Assembly (NCBI RefSeq): GCF_006345805.1
Contig: NC_043001.1
Location: 68,138,001-68,202,000, forward strand
DNA: 64,000 nucleotides
Direction: 5' to 3'
Source: Octopus sinensis
Taxonomy: Eukaryota
Under the pieces are notes generated by a model. That model ran no database searches, was not told the DNA's origin, and saw only the letters and a list, made by a program, of their open reading frames with translations. Made by a program: the position numbers and the translations under genes. Positions 13,348 to 25,582 of this stretch are shown here, in pieces (the stretch's first letter is position 1; the number at the start of each line of letters is the position of its first letter).

Positions 13348-14529
13348 GGCGCATGCATCGGTCTATTCGCTGTGTTGATTTTTGATGAGTCGGACGGAAT
13401 TTTTTGGGCTGCTTGGCAGCGGTTTGTGAGTGGGCGTTTTACCGGTGGAAAAAATGTATTCGGGCCTTAGCAAGTATGAGCTGTCCTCAGCGGAAGAGGA
13501 GCTCGTTAAGGCGGTAAATAGAATGGACGAGCATTTGGAAAGAGTAAATAATTTTGCTGAGGCTGCAGAGGTGAAGAAAAGAGAGGTGGACCTAGCCGCA
13601 CTGAGGGAGCTGAGTAAGATGACACAGAAGGTGGGCGGTGACGTAAAGTTATTACCCCCGAAAAGGGCCATCGAAAATATGGAAAAGAAGACCATTACCT
13701 ACAAGGTGTACTCAGTGGAGAGTAAAACGTCCACTCACAAACCGCTGCCAAGCAGCCCAAAAAATTCCGTCCGAATCGTGGAGCGGATGGAGATGGAAAA
13801 AGTAGAAAAGGCATTGAAGAGGCATACCTAGCGAAAGGAAATGCACATAGGACGGTGGTTGTCCAGTTTAAGACAGCGGAAGAAGCAAAGAGGCTGCCGA
13901 GTGCAACTGTAAAAGCGGAGGAAGTGGTACTTCTACCCACGTACCTTGGAAGAAAGACTTCTAAGGTGAGGGTAGAAAGAAATCCACCCGATATAGAAGT
14001 GGCTTGGTTTGCGGCAGCCGTCCCTAGTTAGAAGTAAGGAGGAAGTGGCTGTCTCCAAGCCACGGAAACGGAGGACGGAAGATGGAGAGGAAAAACACTG
14101 GGCCTTATTTTACAGGCAGAGGAGAGTCAATTGGAGAGTTTGGTGGAGACGGTGACGTTGGAAGAGATTGTGTTAAGAGTGTGGGTAGAGGGCAGAATCC
14201 CACTATGTTTTAAATGTGGCCAAAAATGTGAAAAAGATTACGTGTGTCACTCAGCGATGGGGAAAACGGTAAATGAAAGACTAGATCAAAGACTAAAGAG
14301 GATTCAGGACTCAGAGGTAGCGAGTGGTGTTACTCAGTGTTACACTTTTCATATTCTCATTTCTCAGTTATCATTCATGTATCATTATTTTAATATTTTG
14401 ATTTTAATGTTTTTCATGTTCATTTTCATGTGTCATTTATAGCATCATATTTTTATTTTTTTATATGTCCCCACATGTGTTGTAGTGTCCCCCTCTATGT
14501 AATGCCTTTATGGCAATTTAAAAGAAATA
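13348..14529 (+). mobile_element. Non-autonomous Tx1 derivative (5'UTR + ORF1 relic + 3'UTR, no ORF2) inserted in a SINE-A head with 15-bp TSD
   Basis: KKTITYKVY, LLPTYLGRKTSKVRV, VWVEGRIPLCFKC match ORF1 at 62630-63931; TSD aagaagctttcttcc (13333-13347) / aagaagcttgcttcc (14530-14544). Confidence 0.85.
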
Positions 14530-14672
14530 AAGAAGCTTGCTTCCCAGTCACATGGTTCCGGGTTCAGACCCACTACGTGGAACGGTGGGCAAGTGTCTCC
14601 TACTATAGCCTCGGGCCGACCAAAGCTTTGCAAGTGGCTTTCGTAGACGGAAACTGAAAGAAGCCCGTCGTA
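14530..14672 (+). mobile_element. SINE family A 5' half; its head is at 13313-13347
   Basis: Continues the SINE-A sequence after the insertion. Confidence 0.88.
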
Positions 14673-14740
14673 TATATATGTATGCGTGTGTGTTTGTGTG
14701 TATAAAGACAGACAGCCACACACACAGAGGCATCCAATTT

Positions 14741-14797
<57 letters not shown>

Positions 14798-15049
14798 AAT
14801 TTGTATAGGTGTCTGTTTGGTATTTGTGCGTGTGAGTGCGTGTGTGTGCGTGCGTGTGTGCACACGCATATATTTTGTATGGATGCACACATTACATACA
14901 TGTGTATTTACATTTGCTACTTAAATGCGCACTAGTGTTCTCACATGAAATGATTAAGGAGTTAATCAACAGTAAATGCTACTCCTAGGTCAAAATCAAC
15001 TTAAACGTGCCCTCGTCGTTCCTCGTAAAGACACCCGTGCAGCTCCACT

Positions 15050-15219
15050 TAAAAGCATCCAGTACACTCTGTAAAGTGGTTGTCGTTAAGAAGGGCATCC
15101 AGCCGTAGAAACCATGCCAAATCAGACTGGGGTCTGGTGCAGCTATCCAGCCTGCCCGCTCAGGTCAAACCACCCACCCCTGCCAGCATGGACAACGGAT
15201 GTTAAATGATGATGATGAT
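15050..15219 (+). mobile_element. SINE/LINE 3' fragment with (TGA)n tail
   Basis: GTTAAGAAGGGCATCCAGCCGTA motif, ends GGATGTTAAATGATGATGATGAT. Confidence 0.6.
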
Positions 15220-15511
15220 ATATTTATGTATATATATACATGTTTATATGTATGTTTTTGGTGCCTACCTAACATACGTTCTTACATAAATGCAAACATA
15301 TGTACGTAAATACATGCATGCACAGATACATAACACTCGTATACATAAATACATACAAACATGCATACAGTTAGAAAGTAATAAATTCCCGTACCGTTAT
15401 TCTTTTATTCCGAAATAGAAATAATTGATAGATAGACTCAGAACTAAACATCCAGAATAATAGAATATGGCAGAAGAGTAGGAATATGAAATCATTTCTT
15501 CTGAACACAGC

Positions 15512-15729
<218 letters not shown>

Positions 15730-16191
15730 AGTTTAATTGATAAATTGATAAGGACAAAAAATGAAACCACAAATATGTATCGAGCGCATGGATTTCTAAT
15801 GACGTCATTGTAATTGAAGGAGAGGAAGATCAAAACAGAGAAGAAAACGAAGAAATAGAATAAGAGGAAGAAGAAGAACAACAACAGTTACCACAAGAAG
15901 ACAAAAAACCCCAAGTAAACCGACAAAATAATAACAGTAATAAAAACAATAACAGTAATAAAAACAAGAGGAAGTAGAAGACGAAGCAGCTTTGAAGATT
16001 AAAGAAAAGCAGATAAGATGTAAGATGAGATATCAGGAATTGGATTAAAGGTAAAAAAATAGATGTGGTGAGGCTGCGGTGGCGAGGAGATAGCAACAAA
16101 AATATAAATCTTTACTTTTTCTAGAAAGATATTGACTGTAACAACTATAATGTATAGACTGAGACGATGATGATATATATATATATATATA

Positions 16192-16376
16192 AAGCGAACT
16201 GGCAGAATGTTAGGATGCCGGGCAAAATGCTTAGCGGCAGTTCATCCGTATTTAAGTTATGAGTTCAAATTCCGCCGTAGTCGACTTTAGTCTTTATCTT
16301 TTCGGAGTCGGTAAAATAAGCACCGGTTGAGCACTGGAGCCGATGTTGCCTCTCGCCCTCCGAAATTTGAAACCAA
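16192..16376 (+). mobile_element. SINE family B
   Basis: Similarity to 18552-18765. Confidence 0.85.
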
Positions 16377-16499
16377 TAATTATAATATATGCAGTCCAAC
16401 AAGTATAAAATAAACACAGTAACAAATACGATATAGATTATGTCATAATATATACACTGCAATAATAATAATGTATAAACTGTAGCACAATCTTTATAT

Positions 16500-16713
16500 T
16501 GATTTCAAATTTTGGTAAATGGCCAGCAATTTCGGGGAAGGGGTAAGTCGATTGCATCGATCCTAGTACCCAACTGGTTCTTATTTTATCGACCCCGAAA
16601 GGATGAAAGGCAAAGTCGACCTCGGCGGAATTTGAATTCAGAACGTGAAGACGGACAAAATTCCACTAAGTATTTCGTCCAGTGTGCTAAATATTCTGTC
16701 AGCTCGCCGCCTT
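16500..16713 (-). mobile_element. SINE family B
   Basis: Reverse complement of the family B sequence. Confidence 0.88.
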
Positions 16714-16939
16714 ACACAGTCTATATATTATTGGTTAGTGGGGCAGACATATGAATGAACTGTAATGAGGTTTTGCAATTGGGCTGCATCTTGAATACTG
16801 GGGAAAAAACTACTTGATATTTAAATAGTGTTATGAAAATTCTTCATTTAAGAATCATAATTTCATAAAGTTACTACGCAATTTCACATAATATGGAAGA
16901 TAAAAACTATTTTTATTTCATATTTAAATTTGTATAAAT

Positions 16940-17113
16940 GGGTTCCAAATTGTAGTATAAGGCCAGTCATTTGGGAGTAAAAAGCAAGTAGATTACATCA
17001 ACCCCAAAACTCAACCGGTGCGTATTTTATTGACTCCGAAAAGATGAAAGGCAAAATCAACCTTGACGGAGTTTGAACTCAGAATGTTAAAGACGGACAA
17101 AATGCCGCTAAGC
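16940..17113 (-). mobile_element. SINE family B, head truncated
   Basis: Reverse complement of the family B sequence. Confidence 0.8.
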
Positions 17114-17122
17114 ATGAGCATT

Positions 17123-17340
17123 ATTGGTGGCGTCACAGTCTTGTTTTCTGGTGATTTCAGACAAACTCTGCTAGCTATCTCAAATGTTACACCTGCTGAT
17201 GAATTGAGAGCGTGCCTGAAAGAAACCTATGTTTAGAGATGAGAGGAAATATTTTATCTTTCTACTAACATGAAAGGTGTGCTTAATAGAGGTGCCCTTG
17301 CAACCTAGCTTGCAAATGTTTTATTTCAGACAGGGGAAAC
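17123..17340 (+). mobile_element. Helitron RepHel PIF1-helicase fragment (pseudogenised)
   Basis: Translates IGGVTVLFSGDFRQTL..TPADELRACLK..LSTNMK..LFQTGE with stops; GDFRQ is PIF1 helicase motif III. Confidence 0.85.
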
Positions 17341-17367
17341 GGTCAACTGCCACATTGCGAGTGATGT

Positions 17368-17412
<45 letters not shown>

Positions 17413-17927
17413 GAAACGCATAGAAACCAGAACGCCAATATAAAATAATCATCAAACATCTCTTAAAATACTATGGAAGTTTATCCTAGTCTCTCACATA
17501 ATTCTAATTACTCCGAACGTCTTCTGAGTTTAACACTCTGGTTTCCAGTGACTGTATCGTGCAGGATATTAAGTCCAGCATCACGCAACCGGTACCAGTC
17601 CAATCCAGATAGGTCAGTTGACACTAGTTGACATTTGCGATGCTGTCAACTATTCAATAGAGTGTCTAAGATATCTTATACCCACTCTTGCCTTTACAAT
17701 CGGAACTAGGAGCATCCATTATGTTACTGATACGATATTTTACTGCACTCAAATAGTGAAACGAAACAAGCCTAACTGTCAAATATCTTCTTCACCATGT
17801 GATCGTAGCCACTGTTATATACCAAGAAAAATGTTTTCATTCCACATAGACCTGACGAAGACGCTGATTGAAACCAAATTTATAGGGCAAACCGCTTTCT
17901 CCAAACTGATGTTTCAGTATTAAGTAT

Positions 17928-18152
17928 CGGCGAGGCAAGCTAACAGGTAGAATCGTTAGCACGTCGGTCAAAATGCTTAACCACATTTCTTCCGTTCTCT
18001 ATACGCTCTGAGTTCAAATACTGCTGAGTCGACTTTATATTTCATTCTTTCAGAGTCGATAATAAAAGTATCATTTGAGTACTGAGTCGATGTAATCGGC
18101 AATCGGCTTCCCCTTTTCTCAAAATGCTGATCTTATGTTAACATATGAGAGA
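17928..18152 (+). mobile_element. SINE family B
   Basis: Similarity to 18552-18765. Confidence 0.8.
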
Positions 18153-18551
18153 ATATGAAGTATAGGTACTTTCACCCGGATTTTACACGTATATCACACG
18201 CAGTCATATGCACACGCACTTGCTCACACGCACATACACAAAATATTCATTCGACCTACAACAAGGATGAGCCAAATCTTCCCGAAACGAAATATATTAC
18301 CGTCTTCAAACGAATTCATTGTATATGACGTGGACCAAGGTATTGTATTACTGACAATAAATAAAAGGGAGAGTCTTAGCCTGAGTATCTTTGAATATCG
18401 TTTTGCTTGGTTCGAGCAGACTTGAAGTTAACAAGAGTTACAAAAAGAATTATGTCCGTCTCAACGATTCACGTTCACACTGACATTTCAAATAGGTTTT
18501 AAAGCTATTGCTAAGACGTATAAGTGAGAAGGTAATGTGTCATATTTCGTC

Positions 18552-18765
18552 GGCGGCGAGCTGGAAGAAACGTCAGCAAGCCGGGCGAAATGCTTAGCAG
18601 TATTTCGTCTATCTTTACGTTCTGAGTTCAAATTCCACCGAAGTCGACTTTGCCTTTCATCCTTTCGGGGTCTATAAATTAAGTACCAGTTGCGTACTGG
18701 GGTCGATCTAATTGATTGGTCCCCTCCTCAAAAATTTCTTGCCTTATGCCTAGAGTAGAAAAGAA
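18552..18765 (+). mobile_element. SINE family B, best-preserved copy
   Basis: GGCGGCGAGCTGG..A-box-like, GAGTTCAAATTCC B-box, GCCTTTCATCCTTTCGGGGTC core. Confidence 0.9.
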
Positions 18766-18852
18766 TACATTCAGCAAATATGAATCTTGGCATTGTTGAC
18801 TTCACTATATATTATGTTATCACAGTATTATACTATATTATAATACATGATA

Positions 18853-19065
18853 TTGGTTTCAGATTTTGGCATAAGACCGGCAATTTCGAGGAAGTGGGTA
18901 AGTCGATTACATCGACCCAAGTACGCAACTGATACTTATTATATCGACCCCAAAGAGATAAAAGGCAAAGTCGACCTCAGCGGAATTTGAACTAAGAAGA
19001 TAAAGACAGACGAAATGCTGCTAATCATTTTGTCCAGCATGCTACCGCTTCTGCCAGACCTCCAC
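18853..19065 (-). mobile_element. SINE family B
   Basis: Reverse complement of the family B sequence. Confidence 0.85.
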
Positions 19066-19255
19066 CTTATACTATTATGATAGTTTAAATTATAATCTGC
19101 CCAGGCTGAAGTTTGACTCTCATCCACCTGGTGGTCATTAAAGCAAATTACAAATCAGAAACAGGACTCTGTGTAAGTGTGTGTGTGTGTGTGTGCGTGC
19201 GCGTGCGTGTTTGCGTGCGTGCTCGTGTGTTGTGTGTGTGTGTACTCGTGTGTGT

Positions 19256-19300
<45 letters not shown>

Positions 19301-19433
19301 TGTAGTGTAACCTATCAATATTTTGATTGTCGTTATTCTGCGTGATTGTAATATTTTATGCTCGATGTGGCAAATGGTTACACACATCAACAGGCGTTTT
19401 GTTTGTTAAATTCCACAGATAAGAGAATTGTTT

Positions 19434-19484
19434 CTACTCAGCCCTAAAGAGGCGACAATTACGCCGAAATATAGTGTCCAGTAG
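19434..19484 (+). ncRNA. Decayed hammerhead motif (G5A), probably inactive
   Basis: CTAAAGA ggcg acaatta cgcc GAAA tatagtg TC; stem II perfect, stem I broken. Confidence 0.5.
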
Positions 19485-19669
19485 TCCACATACGTCCTTC
19501 AGTGCATGTGTGTTGTTTGCAGTCATAGTGTACAAAGAAAAGTCGACCTTCTATACGATTCCCAAAAGCGAAGAACCTTGTACACGATCGGGAGCATAGA
19601 AACAAAGTAAGAACAAATACACACCTTAATGTTTTGATTCTTGTTGTCCATAGCTCTTTATCAATTAAA

Positions 19670-19760
19670 ATGAAGTGGAAGCGTCAGTAAAAGAGTTCTC
19701 CGCCACGATGAACAAGAACTGGCATCAGCGTGGGATCAAAGAACTAGCAGACGGTGCAAC
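19670..19760 (+). mobile_element. Mariner transposase C-terminal relic
   Basis: EVEASVKEFSATMNKNWHQRGIKELAD resembles EFFASK..WYQRGI..L..RW. Confidence 0.5.
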
Positions 19761-19870
19761 ACGATGCTTTTATTACCTATTGACAAATATAGTAAGTTAC
19801 CAATATATTGCAAAACTTTTGACTCCACAGAATGTATACATACTAAAACACACACACACACACGCACGAG

Positions 19871-19902
<32 letters not shown>

Positions 19903-20589
19903 CAGTTGACGGCATATGAATTTATACACTTCTAGAGAACATGACATACTTCCAAAAACAAAACGGATTATTTCATGTTCTCCGGAACGTTATAAATTCT
20001 AGTGACGTCAGTAACATACAATTATCACTGGTAGGAATAAAGTTTCTAAAATGGATAGAGAAATTCAAAGGGTTGCTTTGATTCAATGGTAGAACGCCTA
20101 TCAAGCTTCCAGGAGACGTGAGTTTGAGTTCAACGGGCAACCGTTTAATTTTTCTATACAAAGGATTTTTTTAACCCAACATTTACACGCTATTATTTGT
20201 AGCATTATCATCTGCTTCGAGATCCACTCATCCTCCCTCCAAAAGAATACACACGCACACACACGCACACACACACATACACACACATAGATGTATATAT
20301 ATATATTTGTAGGATATGTAAATAAACTACGATGAAAGTCTATATTAAACGCCGTATTAACACAGTAAAAGTTCCAGTGACATCCACTGCAGCAGACTAT
20401 AGCTATAGTACTTTACAACTGGGTATTTTTAGCAAATGCAGCAGGTAGTAATTGTATAGACACCTGGAGATTCAACGATCTTTATTGTTTATATAACACA
20501 CCATTTTATATATATATATATATATTTGTGTGTTTATGTATGTATATGTAATTACGTACTCACACAAAAATAAATGTATATATATATAT

Positions 20590-20679
<90 letters not shown>

Positions 20680-20779
20680 TATATATACGGTGAAACACCT
20701 ACACAGGCATCATACAGATATATATCTGAGCGAGCAAGCGACAGTTCAAGAGAGTGAGAGAGGGAGGAGAGAGAGACGG

Positions 20780-20814
<35 letters not shown>

Positions 20815-21214
20815 CGGGAGAGAGAGAGAGAGAGAGAGAGAGGCGCGGGTAGAGAAATAGTAAGCATATGGTGTAAGACTGAAAGCAGCCATCGCAGAAC
20901 TATATACAAAACTCATAGACATCACAGATATATACACAGCTTTCTACAACAAGAACCAGCAGTTTAGTTGCCGAAAGATGAGAAGGAAGCAAAACTAGTA
21001 AAAAAAAAAAAGAAAAGAAAATGATGTCGGTCATGACGTCACAACCGTTCTGATATTCCAGTCTAACCTCGCCCATCACCAAATTTTCTCTCTCATTACA
21101 ACTGACATAACACTGCCTCTCGACACTGGCATTTACTCTTGTTTTAACCACTTATACGCACAAACACACACACGTACGCACGCACGCACGCACGTACGCA
21201 CGCACTTCATATAC

Positions 21215-21247
<33 letters not shown>

Positions 21248-21323
21248 CATATATATATATATATATCTATATATATATATATTATATATATATTATATAT
21301 ATATTATATATATATATATATGA

Positions 21324-21404
21324 TAAAATTGGAACGATACAGAGAAAATTAGCATGCCCCTGCGCAAGAATGACACGCAAATTCATGAAGTGTTCCATAT
21401 TTTT
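21324..21404 (+). pseudogene. U6: U6 snRNA pseudogene lacking the 5' stem-loop
   Basis: TAAAATTGGAACGATACAGAGAAAATTAGCATGCCCCTGCGCAAGAATGACACGCAAATTCATGAAGTGTTCCATATTTT matches the U6 3' ~80 nt incl. ACAGAGA box and AGC triad; about 5 differences, two CpG-type. Confidence 0.93.
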
Positions 21405-21518
21405 CTATTTTTGTTGGCAGTGCCCCAGCGTGGTCATAACACTTCAGCTGAAACCAATACCAATAAAAGAGTAAATATGTGTGTGTTTGTATGTGTGTGT
21501 GTATAAATAAATAACTAA

Positions 21519-21612
<94 letters not shown>

Positions 21613-21618
21613 CGTATA

Positions 21619-21832
21619 CGAGGGGTTGCTGAAAATTCCTGATTTTGGTAAAAGAATATACAGGAGGATCAGTTTATTATGATTTTATTCAACGTATTCC
21701 CTTCTCAAATTCGCACAATTACTGCAGCAGTCCTTCAGTTTTTTTAAGTCCCGTAAAAGAACTCAGGAGGTTGGGACTACAACCAGTCCATTCACGACAG
21801 CCTGAAAACCAAGAACCTTACATCAACCCTCG
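21619..21832. mobile_element. Mariner-derived MITE with TA TSD
   Basis: ta-cgaggggttgctgaaaattcctg ... aagaaccttacatcaaccctcg-ta imperfect TIRs. Confidence 0.75.
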
Positions 21833-21848
21833 TATATATGTATTGTGT

Positions 21849-21920
<72 letters not shown>

Positions 21921-22113
21921 CCTAACAGTTACATTACAGTTACAGACTCTCTCTGTCTCTCTCTCTCACTCTAAATGTGCATAAACACACGCACACAAAT
22001 TTTGTACGTATGTATTAATTACATATGTTACAAGCTACTCGTTTCACGTTTCCAATAATCAGAATACTTGTACTTATTTTCTTTCTGTCTTGTTTGTAAA
22101 CACAAACATCTAG

Positions 22114-22236
<123 letters not shown>

Positions 22237-22314
22237 TAGTGAAATTGACAGCCAGACAGAGAGATAGACTGACAGATAGATACATACATAAAAATAAATA
22301 CAAATAGACACACA

Positions 22315-22564
22315 TGCGTAGATGCTTGTCAAACAAGCAAACAAGATGAAAGAGTCCTCAATGTGGTCGTTCGACATGCTTGAAATAACAACCAAATCTC
22401 AATAATTATTCTTTCCAAACTTCCCTTAAAAAAATAATAAACCACTCCTATTATGAGAAAGACAATACATGGTGCGTATGCGTGGATGCTTGTTGAACAA
22501 ACAGAGAAAATGAGGCAATCCGCAATGTGGTTTGCCAGCATGTTACAAATATCAACCAAAGCCT
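22315..22564. repeat. Diverged direct duplication of ~85 bp, period ~163
   Basis: atgcgtagatgcttgtcaaacaag..aatgtgg..catg..aaataacaaccaaa occurs twice. Confidence 0.7.
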
Positions 22565-23039
22565 TGAAAATTAATTGTTTTTTTCCAGAATTTCACTTTC
22601 TTAAGTCACCCCATACCAATTTTAAAGAAATAAGAAATGCATATACCAAAGAGAATGTGATGCTTTCAGGCATCCAGTAATAAAGAACTCAAGCTAAACA
22701 CTTTCTTTCAGCCTTGTCCGACGAATATTGAATAACCTTTCCACAACTGTTCGGCAACATGAACTGTCTTGAGAGTAAATTTATGATATTATATGAATAA
22801 TATTATCACTTTGTTAATGTATGCAGGCATTCCCCGCGGTGCAGTTACCCTAGGTTAAGGCATTTTGCGCTTATGGAAATAGTAAGGTACGAACATTAAT
22901 TTCGGAATACGGTTATTCGAAAGAAGCTACTCCGCCAACTTCTCGGACCTTATTCTTCCATAGTTCTAAAGTAACGTTTAAAATAGAACGACTCTCGAGT
23001 GTATGGATCGATGATCATCCGACAAGATGTTAAATCGAA

Positions 23040-23400
23040 AACAAAATTCGACTGACACTTCTTTCGGGAGGAAATGCCGCCGGTGATATGTAATTAAACC
23101 CCCCCCCCCACACACACATGTATCATTGCGAAAATCCAAGGACTTTCAAGGGTTAAAGTTTAATATCTACCTCTGATTTGGCGTTCAAATTAGAAGGCAT
23201 GAATGACTAAGAGCCTTTTCAAAGAGTGGTTTGCAAACGTTTTTTTTTGTTCTGCCGTAGAAAGGTACAGAGCCAGACAATATTTCCAGCAAAACATTAT
23301 TTTAGACAATGCAATGAGCTACCCTGCGAACCTAGATGACCTTTCTCATAATGTAAGAGCAGAATGTATCACTAAAATGAGGCAGCCTTTTAAATCTGGA
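23040..23400 (+). mobile_element. Tigger/pogo transposase relic
   Basis: GGNAAGD, ENPRTFKG, LPLIWRSN*KA*MTKSLFKEWF, ILDNAMSYP. Confidence 0.8.
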
Positions 23401-24372
23401 CATAACAACCGTCTTTCGACTTTTAGGCATCGTGATAAAAGATATTCAACTACCTTTTCGAATGGAAACTCAAAGGCAAAGGGACCAACTGGGACATCAA
23501 ATGGAAAATGCATTCCGAAACCAAACCTTATATCAACGAGTCAAATAGATGTCATGTATGTTCCCTTGAAAAACTAAATTTCTTAAAAGAACTTGAGAGC
23601 CTCTGATGACTACGTAAATTCCAGGAGCAAGAGAATTTTTCTTTATGTCCGCATTTTAACAATTACATCTTCCGGATACACCGTAAATCATTAATATCGT
23701 GTCTACGTGGTTTTTTTTTCTGACAGTTCTTTATTGTAACGTTAGTTATCTACGCTGTGTTTTTATCTTTCTGTTTTCTTCCTTATGCTCAAACGTCATA
23801 TGTTTAAAAAGCATAAGACAAACGGTCTTGTTCCCAGTTTGAAAAGTGGTGAAATAAATAACTGTTTCGGCCAGGAAACCCTGGATATCTATATTTCACA
23901 AGACTTATGGTTTTCATTATAACATTATCTTTGCACCTTTGGCTGATCGAGTGCTATTCTACTTGTTGAAACCTTACCACAAAATGTGTTAGTGTGTATG
24001 TATGTGTGTGTGTGTATGTGTGTGTGTGTGTGTGTGCGTGCGTGCGTGTGTGTGTGTGTGTAGATATATACTTGCATACATATGGAAGTCAATACCTAGT
24101 GACGTCTGAGATAAACAATTAGTAAAGTAGACGCTTAGAATGTAGAGAGGTATGTCAGTGAGTATGTCGTTTATTCACACTGATCAATAAAATACGAGAA
24201 TATAAACTGCTTTAAATATATACTGCTAAAATAGACAACAGTTTTCACTTAGCATTAATTTATTTACCTTTTAATTAGTATTTTCTGCATGTAATTTTCT
24301 ATATATATGAAAATAATAGCCGAAAAAATAGTAGTATGTTCTGCATGTAATGAAAATAATAGCTGAGACTTC

Positions 24373-24497
<125 letters not shown>

Positions 24498-24728
24498 GGG
24501 AAGGCTTAAAAATTATATATTGTTTATTATCTTGTGATGATATTCGCACCAAACAGAAATCGATAAAAACGACTCATAATGTGGATCTTTTGTAAATTAA
24601 ATTCTAGTGAGTCGTTTGCTTTTGTTAAAACAATCTTTTCTAGTTCCTATGATGTTGTATTTTTCAGTGAAATCTGATTATCAATGGCATTTTGACAATC
24701 ATATGATCTAACCATAATTATATATAAA

Positions 24729-24956
24729 CTAGCTATTTTGACCCGTGCTTCACTCGGGTTTTGGTGGTGATGGCAACCAAACGGTAGCTCTGAGCGACTT
24801 GCAACCCTCCTCACACCATTACCCACCCCATTTTACCCCCAGTGTAAATTTTGGCGCCAATCCGACACCATTTACCGCCCCTTAAACCGTTCCCATCCCA
24901 AAATGAGACAAACAACCAAGATATCAAACAGCTTTTTTGCATTTCAGCTTTATAGA
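24729..24956 (-). mobile_element. Non-autonomous Helitron
   Basis: Minus strand 5' A|TC, 3' hairpin cccgagtgaagcacggg followed by CTAG|T. Confidence 0.75.
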
Positions 24957-24973
24957 TATTGATATATATATTA

Positions 24974-25172
24974 GTTCTTTCAGTCATTTGACTGCGGCTA
25001 TGCAGGGGCACCGACTTAAAGAGTTTAGTCGAACAAATCGACCCAAGTATTACATTTTGTTTTAAACTCTGGTAATTATTCTATCGATTTCTTTTGCCGA
25101 AGTAATAAGCTACGAAAACGTGGTCAATCCAAAGTTAGTTGTCAAGCGTGCTGGGGTACAAACACAAACACA

Positions 25173-25241
<69 letters not shown>

Positions 25242-25423
25242 ACACACACATTTATCTATTTGTTTATGCATATGTTTAGGGTGGGCTCCCACGGTGTTCC
25301 TGTAAGCCAAATCCAGTTACAAGTCAGTGGTCAGCCCCGTGGTAATAGTAGAAGACACTTGCCCCAGTGGCTGAGCTGAAAACCACGTCGTTGCAGAGCG
25401 AGCTTCTTAATCACACAGCCATG
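24974..25423 (-). mobile_element. SINE family A with internal (GA)n
   Basis: Reverse complement of family A. Confidence 0.8.
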
Positions 25424-25429
25424 CTATAA

Positions 25430-25502
<73 letters not shown>

Positions 25503-25541
25503 AATATATATATATTTAAAAGCAACAGAAATATAACAAAA

Positions 25542-25582
25542 GTTATTACTCAGAGTTTCACGTTTCCGTTCATCGGACAGTT
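25542..25582 (-). ncRNA. Minimal hammerhead-like motif, U4C variant
   Basis: Minus strand: ctgt CCGATGA acg gaaa cgt GAAA ctc t gag TA ataac. Confidence 0.55.

Noticed and set aside
17851-17876. CTGACGAAG..GAAACC hammerhead-like spacing
   Set aside because: No stem II and no UH site with stem I
23862-23890. ccagg/cctgg hairpin followed by ccGAAAC on the minus strand
   Set aside because: No CUGANGA-like strand upstream
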